Positions 58,409-64,000 of a DNA stretch of 64,000 bases are shown one piece after another. Location: positions 6,723 to 70,722 of the IMG/VR virus record IMGVR_UViG_3300017917_002350; one strand, 5' to 3'. The position numbers and the translations under genes are program-made. Every line of letters begins with the position of its first letter. The stretch's first letter is position 1. The notes under the pieces were generated by a model. The model had not been told where the DNA came from, ran no database searches, and was given only the letters and a program-made list of their open reading frames with translations. Source of the DNA: a virus.

Positions 58409-58830
58409 TGCGCATACGTGAAGTTATTGTTGAAAATATAGATCAGTACCTTGACGAAGTTCTTGAAGATGAAGCAGACGGGCGCGGTGATGCCAATCTT
58501 TTGACCACGTTGGAGTTTTTGCGTAACAGAGCTCATGACACACATATTCAGCCAAGAATCCGAGTTGATAGTCTTATCAACTTGGTGCAAGGCACAGGTG
58601 AGCAACATTTCAATTTAGAAAATTTGTTAGACGCCTACAAATCTAATCCTAATGTAAAAAATTTAATCAAAGATATCAAGGATGATACGTCGGGAGTAAA
58701 ATATGTGTATATTGAACCCTTTGCAGATGACGAAGAATCCTTTGATTTAGGTGCAGAAGAAGTTCCAAAAACCGCTCCGGAACGAACTGTGGATTCTATG
58801 GCCAAATCGGCTCTTGCAAAACGCAGTTAA
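58408..58830 (+). CDS. late hypothetical acidic protein
   Basis: MRIREVIVE leader; translationally coupled. Confidence 0.65.
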   Translation: MRIREVIVENIDQYLDEVLEDEADGRGDANLLTTLEFLRNRAHDTHIQPRIRVDSLINLVQGTGEQHFNLENLLDAYKSNPNVKNLIKDIKDDTSGVKYVYIEPFADDEESFDLGAEEVPKTAPERTVDSMAKSALAKRS

Positions 58831-58859
58831 ACAGTTTATAATAATCCAAAGGAGATGAT

Positions 58860-59246
58860 ATGGCTTATTCAGGTCAAGTCTTGGATCATTATGAAAATCC
58901 AAGAAATGTTGGTAAACTAGATAAAACTGATCCTAGAGTCGGTACAGGATTAGTAGGAGCACCGGCCTGTGGGGATGTTTTACAATTACAAATTCAAGTT
59001 GATGATGGAGTAATTACCGATGCTAAATTTAAGACCTATGGTTGTGGTTCGGCAATCGCTTCGTCGTCGCTGGTCACCACTTGGCTCAAGGGTAAAAGTC
59101 TTGATGAAGCGAATGCAATCAAGAACTCCGAAATTGCGGAAGAACTCGCGTTACCTCCTGTTAAAATTCACTGCTCAATCTTGGCAGAAGATGCAATCAA
59201 AGCAGCATTAGCAGATTACAAATCAAAACATGATACAGCTAACTGA
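58860..59246 (+). CDS. iscU: Fe-S cluster scaffold IscU
   Basis: YS..VLDHYENPRNVG, GAPACGD, FKTYGCGSAIAS, LPPVKIHCS. Confidence 0.95.
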   Translation: MAYSGQVLDHYENPRNVGKLDKTDPRVGTGLVGAPACGDVLQLQIQVDDGVITDAKFKTYGCGSAIASSSLVTTWLKGKSLDEANAIKNSEIAEELALPPVKIHCSILAEDAIKAALADYKSKHDTAN

Positions 59247-59556
59247 AATAGCAGCCCGTAAAGTGCAGCAGCAATTGGACAAACGTGGCCGCGGCCACGG
59301 CATCATGATAGGTGTTCGTACCACTGGTTGTTCGGGACTAGCTTACAAATTAGAATATGTTGATACACCGCCAGCCACTAGAGACTGGACGAAATACGAT
59401 AGCAATGGTGTGACAGTTTGGGTGAACGGAAAAGATCATCCTTACGTAAACGGTCTAACTATGGACTATAAAAGACAAGGACTCAATGAAGGATTTGAGT
59501 TCATCAACCCTAATGAAAAGGATCGCTGCGGCTGCGGCGAAAGTTTTCGAGTATAA
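59230..59556 (+). CDS. iscA: Fe-S cluster A-type carrier IscA
   Basis: GVRTTGCSGLAY, GLNEGFEFINPN..CGCGESF. Confidence 0.93.
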   Translation: MIQLTEIAARKVQQQLDKRGRGHGIMIGVRTTGCSGLAYKLEYVDTPPATRDWTKYDSNGVTVWVNGKDHPYVNGLTMDYKRQGLNEGFEFINPNEKDRCGCGESFRV

Positions 59557-60221
59557 TGATAACACTTTTATCCTTTGGTGATAGTTGGCCAGCCGGCATG
59601 GAATTAAATTGGGATAACGGAGAAAAATCTTTTCCATTTTTAATAGCAGAAAGATTAGACATGCAATGTTCTATGCACAGCCATTGTGCAACAGGAATAC
59701 CGCATATGGTACTTCAACTTGAAAATGCCATTAAATTTGAAGTAGAACCCAAAAGGCATTTGGAAAAGTCAAAAGATTTCATAGCTTTATTTTCACTAAG
59801 TTCCCCGTCAAGATCTATTACATTTCGCGACGGTGAATGGCAAGAAATTCACTCCCGGAGCGATGATATATATTCCACTTCGTACTTTAAATATATTCAT
59901 AGCAATGAGTTAGAAGACTTTGTTACTAATTGTTATATTTTAGCGTTACAAAAAATGTGCCAAGCATATAATATAAAAGATTACTATGTTTCGTGCTGGT
60001 CAAAGCTTAATTTGTATTTGCCGGGGATAGATAAATCAAAATTCTTCGACGAAGGGAGCATAAGTTTAGCTGAAATGCTGGGCTGCGGTGATTATAGTTC
60101 TTTTATTCAAGACATCAATTTAGATCCCAAACATCCTACTATTTTTCCAAATATGTGTCACCCTAACATATTAGGCCACCAAATAATAGCAGACAAATTA
60201 TCTAACTGGATTAAAACTTAA
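59556..60221 (+). CDS. SGNH-hydrolase-like protein
   Basis: FGDSWPAG..HPNILGHQIIAD. Confidence 0.6.
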   Translation: MITLLSFGDSWPAGMELNWDNGEKSFPFLIAERLDMQCSMHSHCATGIPHMVLQLENAIKFEVEPKRHLEKSKDFIALFSLSSPSRSITFRDGEWQEIHSRSDDIYSTSYFKYIHSNELEDFVTNCYILALQKMCQAYNIKDYYVSCWSKLNLYLPGIDKSKFFDEGSISLAEMLGCGDYSSFIQDINLDPKHPTIFPNMCHPNILGHQIIADKLSNWIKT

Positions 60222-60919
60222 TGATAATATCAAAATTTGATTATACCCCTCTAGCTAGAGAAAGCGTAGAGGGCAAACGCCATTACGCCCTACCAGATGG
60301 TACCAAAGTTCCTAGTGTAACCACTATACTTGATCGTACCAAACCTGCAGAAGCAAAGCAAAAACTACAGGAATGGAAAAATCGTGTAGGAGTTGAACGA
60401 GCACAACAGATTACAACTGAAGCTGCTAATCGCGGAACCAGGATGCATACCTATCTTGAGCGTTATGTTAAAAATGATGACATAGGCGAATTTCCGTCAA
60501 ATCCGTTTGCTCAGCCAAGTTGGTTTATGGCAGCAGAAGTTATTATGAAAGGATTATGTAATGTTGATGAATATTGGGGCTGCGAGGTGCCTTTATATTA
60601 TTCTGGGCTATATGCTGGTACTACTGACTGTGTCGGAGTCTGGAAAGGACAGCCTGCAATCATGGATTTTAAGCAAACGAACAAGCCTAAGAAACGCGAA
60701 TGGATCGACGATTATTTTCTACAGCTCGCGGCATATGCGGCAGCTCACAATGACACCCACGGAACAGATATTACTACAGGTGTCATTCTTATGTGCGCTC
60801 AACCAGCTGACGAAAATGCCACCCCTCAATACCAAGAATTCGTACTAGAACCTAAAGATTTTGCTTACTGGAGCGATCAGTGGATGCGTAGAGTAGCACA
60901 GTACTATCAAACAAGCTAA
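60221..60919 (+). CDS. PD-(D/E)xK exonuclease (Cas4/RecB-like)
   Basis: PSVTTIL, RGTRMH, E..YAGTTD..IMDFKQ, YFLQLAAYA. Confidence 0.85.
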   Translation: MIISKFDYTPLARESVEGKRHYALPDGTKVPSVTTILDRTKPAEAKQKLQEWKNRVGVERAQQITTEAANRGTRMHTYLERYVKNDDIGEFPSNPFAQPSWFMAAEVIMKGLCNVDEYWGCEVPLYYSGLYAGTTDCVGVWKGQPAIMDFKQTNKPKKREWIDDYFLQLAAYAAAHNDTHGTDITTGVILMCAQPADENATPQYQEFVLEPKDFAYWSDQWMRRVAQYYQTS

Positions 60920-60943
60920 ATACACAATAATTGAGGATTTAGC

Positions 60944-62320
60944 ATGGCCGTCACGCAAATAAGCAGAATTCAACATCGTAGAGGACTGGAACAAGATCTT
61001 CCACAGCTTGCTTCGGCTGAGTTAGGCTGGAGCATTGATACTAGGCAGTTATATATTGGTAACGGAACTCTTGAAGAAGGCGCTCCTATTGTTGGGGTTA
61101 CTAGAATTTTAACTGAACACGATATCAGTGATATAACCTCAAACACAAGTTTTTATACAAACTATACATTTGTTGGAAATGCTGCAGGTTATACGGCACA
61201 AACTGGCCCAAGTGCATTAGCACCAGTTGTGAGAAGTTATCAACAAAAATTTGACGATGTTATAAATGTTAGAGATTTTGGAGCACTTGGTGACGGTGTC
61301 ACCGATGATACTGCTGCGTTAAATAGAGCGTTTCAACAAATCTATAAATCCACAGTAACCTCAACAGAACCAAGAGCCAGAAGAACAATTTATTTTCCAG
61401 GCGGAAATTATAAAACAACCGATTCTCTTTTAATTCCTCCTTTTGCCAAAATCGTCGGTGATGGCATATCCAGCACAATAGTTAATCAGCAAAATGGAAA
61501 TAAAACAGTAGCAAATGTTTGCGATAGTTTGTTTCAAACTGGAGTAAATTTAGGCAGTGGTTCGGCAATTTTGCCAAGAGATATTGAAATTATAGGATTG
61601 AATTTTTTAAACTCTAATACAAATATTACTGAGCCACTATTTGTGTTAGACAGTGCTAGTAATTTACAAATTAGTAGTTCAAAATTTGAAGCAAACAACA
61701 GCCCGGGGTTCTATCCAAATCTAGTATCAATATTGAGTACCACATCGGCAACCTCAAAAGTGATCTTTAATAACTGTCAATTTTTAAATGGTGGTAACGG
61801 AATTTCTATTCTGGGTTCATCTGTAAAATCAGTTAGAGTGTTGAATAGTAACTTTTTGAATCTATCAAATGTGGCAGCAGATCTTGGCGATAGTTTAGGA
61901 TTTTTAAGTGTTGGCAACTACTTTACCATGCCCGGAAGGCCAATTAAATCAAACGGTAACAATTTTAATTTTGCCATTGGTGAATATTACGATAGTGTAA
62001 ACGTACTTAATTCAGGACTTTTCTTGGGCAATTTTATTTACAATCCAACTCAAACTTTTACGCTGTCGTCTACGCCCACAGTATTTCAAACCTTATCAAA
62101 TTCATCTGGAATAATTGATTATGAAATAAAAAATGGATCAAATACTCGTATAGGTACAATGACGATTGGCACGCAAAATTCTACTTTGACTTACGACGAT
62201 AATTATATGGAAACACCAATTGGTGTGAACGCAAATTTATCAGCAAATAATGATTGCGTTTTAGCCTCGGTATCTAGCGGAACGGCCACTTATAAATTTA
62301 CTTACAAACGTTTTATTTAA
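60944..62320 (+). CDS. tail-associated protein with pectate-lyase-3-like beta-helix
   Basis: RIQHRRG..ELGWSIDTRQLYIGNG; NVRDFGALGDGVTDDTAAL; YFPGGNY. Confidence 0.75.
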   Translation: MAVTQISRIQHRRGLEQDLPQLASAELGWSIDTRQLYIGNGTLEEGAPIVGVTRILTEHDISDITSNTSFYTNYTFVGNAAGYTAQTGPSALAPVVRSYQQKFDDVINVRDFGALGDGVTDDTAALNRAFQQIYKSTVTSTEPRARRTIYFPGGNYKTTDSLLIPPFAKIVGDGISSTIVNQQNGNKTVANVCDSLFQTGVNLGSGSAILPRDIEIIGLNFLNSNTNITEPLFVLDSASNLQISSSKFEANNSPGFYPNLVSILSTTSATSKVIFNNCQFLNGGNGISILGSSVKSVRVLNSNFLNLSNVAADLGDSLGFLSVGNYFTMPGRPIKSNGNNFNFAIGEYYDSVNVLNSGLFLGNFIYNPTQTFTLSSTPTVFQTLSNSSGIIDYEIKNGSNTRIGTMTIGTQNSTLTYDDNYMETPIGVNANLSANNDCVLASVSSGTATYKFTYKRFI

Positions 62321-62324
62321 GTTT

Positions 62325-62774
62325 ATGTTCAACCTTCCTCCAAGCGAAAGACTTGCTCGCTGGAAGCAGTTTCGTCTTAGCTTGAACTTTGTTGATTTGC
62401 CAAATGCAATAGACCTAACGCAGAAATTTTGGCAAAAATGTCCTTTTACACCGTTTTACTTAGATCAAACCAAGCCTGACTCTTGGCCAGATCCATGGCA
62501 ATTGATATTAGAAAATTATTATTGTGATGTTGCAAAATGTTTAGGTATGCTGTATACTTTACACTTGTCTGATCATTCATTTCGTTTGCAACCAGAACTT
62601 AGAATTTATACCAACTACGAAAATAAGCATCAACATTGCATAGCTTATTTGTGTGATGGGAAATATGTTGCTAATTTAATCGAAGGAGAGGTTGTAAATA
62701 AACAACAAATTAATCAAAAATTACGCTTGATCCACTGTTATTCTGCAGAGGATTTAAGATTAGAACAATACTAG
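62325..62774 (+). CDS. hypothetical protein, transglutaminase-like cysteine peptidase pattern
   Basis: WPDPWQLI..YC..K..GM.YTL..H. Confidence 0.45.
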   Translation: MFNLPPSERLARWKQFRLSLNFVDLPNAIDLTQKFWQKCPFTPFYLDQTKPDSWPDPWQLILENYYCDVAKCLGMLYTLHLSDHSFRLQPELRIYTNYENKHQHCIAYLCDGKYVANLIEGEVVNKQQINQKLRLIHCYSAEDLRLEQY

Positions 62775-62782
62775 AGGTTTTG

Positions 62783-64000
62783 ATGACACAAATTCAAGTT
62801 ACAAAAAGAAACGGTAGCAAAGAACTATTAGATTTAGAAAAATTACATCGAGTGGTATTTTGGGCCACCGAAGGAATAACAGGCGTAAGTGCAAGTGAAG
62901 TAGAAATAAAAAGTCATATACAGTTTTACAATGGAATAAAAACTGCCGACATTCAGGAGACTCTGATTAAATCGGCAGCGGATTTAATTTCAGAAGAGAC
63001 CCCAAACTATCAATTCGTTGCAGGCAGACTGATTAATTATCATTTGCGCAAACAAGTTTATGGAGATTATACGCCTTGGCCACTATTAGACCTTGTGCGT
63101 AAAAATGTAGAATCTGGTTTTTATGATCGTGGACTGCTAAACGCATACACCGACGATGAGTGGGCAAGATTAAACGCTTTTATTCATCATGAGAGAGACG
63201 AACACTTTACATATGTTGCCATGGAACAATGGCGAGGTAAGTATCTAGTACAAAATCGTGTCACCAATGAAATATATGAAACTCCTCAAGTTGCATACAT
63301 GCTCATAGCAGCAACATTATTTCAAAGTTATCCTACAGAAACTAGATTACAATGGGTCAAAGATTATTACGATGCTATCAGTTTACATGATATCAGTTTG
63401 CCTACTCCTGTCATGGCCGGTGTTCGCACACCGCAAAAACAATTCTCTAGCTGTGTGCTTATTGAAACAGACGATAGTCTTGACAGTATCAATGCTACTA
63501 GTAGCAGTATTGTTAAGTATGTCAGCCAAAAAGCCGGAATTGGAATCGGCGCAGGTAGAATACGAGCACTTGGGAGCCCAATACGAAACGGAGATGCTTA
63601 CCACACCGGGGTTATACCTTTTTACAAGTTGTTCCAAAGTGCGACGCGGAGTTGTTCGCAAGGGGGTGTCCGTAATGGCGCCGCTACATTGTACTACCCA
63701 ATCTGGCACCTCGAGATTGAGGACCTAATTGTTCTCAAGAACAACAAAGGAACCGAAGATAACCGTGTACGTCATATGGATTATGGCGTGCAATTCAACA
63801 AGTTGATGTATGAAAGACTAATTACAGGTGGCGACATTACCTGTTTCAGTCCTAATGATGTACCTGAGCTGTACTCTGCTTTTTTCAATGACCAAGAACG
63901 ATTCAAAGAACTTTATGAGCGAGCAGAGCGTAATACGAAGTTGAGAAAGAAGACCTACAAAGCAGCAGAACTGTTTAGTAGGTTTATGCAGGAACGCAAA
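62783..64000 (+). CDS. nrdA: ribonucleotide reductase class Ia alpha subunit (3'-truncated)
   Basis: MTQIQVTKRNG ATP cone; KYLVQNR..YETPQ; SLPTPVMAGVRTP..QFSSCVLI; CSQGGVRNGAAT; runs off the window. Confidence 0.93.
   Translation, partial: MTQIQVTKRNGSKELLDLEKLHRVVFWATEGITGVSASEVEIKSHIQFYNGIKTADIQETLIKSAADLISEETPNYQFVAGRLINYHLRKQVYGDYTPWPLLDLVRKNVESGFYDRGLLNAYTDDEWARLNAFIHHERDEHFTYVAMEQWRGKYLVQNRVTNEIYETPQVAYMLIAATLFQSYPTETRLQWVKDYYDAISLHDISLPTPVMAGVRTPQKQFSSCVLIETDDSLDSINATSSSIVKYVSQKAGIGIGAGRIRALGSPIRNGDAYHTGVIPFYKLFQSATRSCSQGGVRNGAATLYYPIWHLEIEDLIVLKNNKGTEDNRVRHMDYGVQFNKLMYERLITGGDITCFSPNDVPELYSAFFNDQERFKELYERAERNTKLRKKTYKAAELFSRFMQERK

Noticed and set aside
63372-63728. ORF-track ORFs 63372-63728 (+) and 63383-63709 (-)
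   Set aside because: Off-frame and antisense shadows inside nrdA, which the track missed because it runs off the window
1-64000. Stop-codon reassignment
   Set aside because: Long conserved genes are intact in the standard code and end in TAA, TAG or TGA; the single internal TGA at 4634 is a frame change, not readthrough
1-64000. tRNA/rRNA genes
   Set aside because: No cloverleaf or rRNA-like stretch recognised by eye; intergenic gaps are short (tRNAscan would confirm)

Overview
64 kb, AT-rich, gene-dense segment of a large T4-related (myovirus/jumbo-type) dsDNA phage genome read in the standard genetic code. The host is probably a Proteobacterium, possibly a Betaproteobacterium (inferred from the IscU/IscA, DesA-like, serine-glyoxylate aminotransferase and class Ia NrdA genes). 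It encodes replication/recombination genes (UvsX, UvsY, UvsW, primase, DnaB/gp41-like helicase, clamp-loader-like subunit, a ~195 aa mini DnaE-like core, exonuclease, partial NrdA) and a ~20 kb nucleotide-sugar/glycosylation island (E1-type 3-dehydrase, NeuB-like synthase, ThDP enzyme, SDRs, methyltransferases, glycosyltransferases, split ADP-heptose enzymes). It also has an early-promoter cassette region, tail fibre/receptor-binding genes, late TAAATA-driven virion genes, four radical SAM genes and several auxiliary metabolic genes. The most notable unexplained structures are: (1) an HNH endonuclease inserted into a cytidylyltransferase-cupin gene, followed by a second N-terminus that needs a +1 shift at TTT-TGA; (2) a 3'-UTR hairpin whose loop is complementary to the AAGGAGC ribosome-binding sites of three early genes; (3) a late nucleotidyltransferase plus RNA-ligase-like pair; (4) a candidate branched-chain sugar pathway; (5) the mini-DnaE. 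All calls come from reading motifs by eye; no database searches were run.
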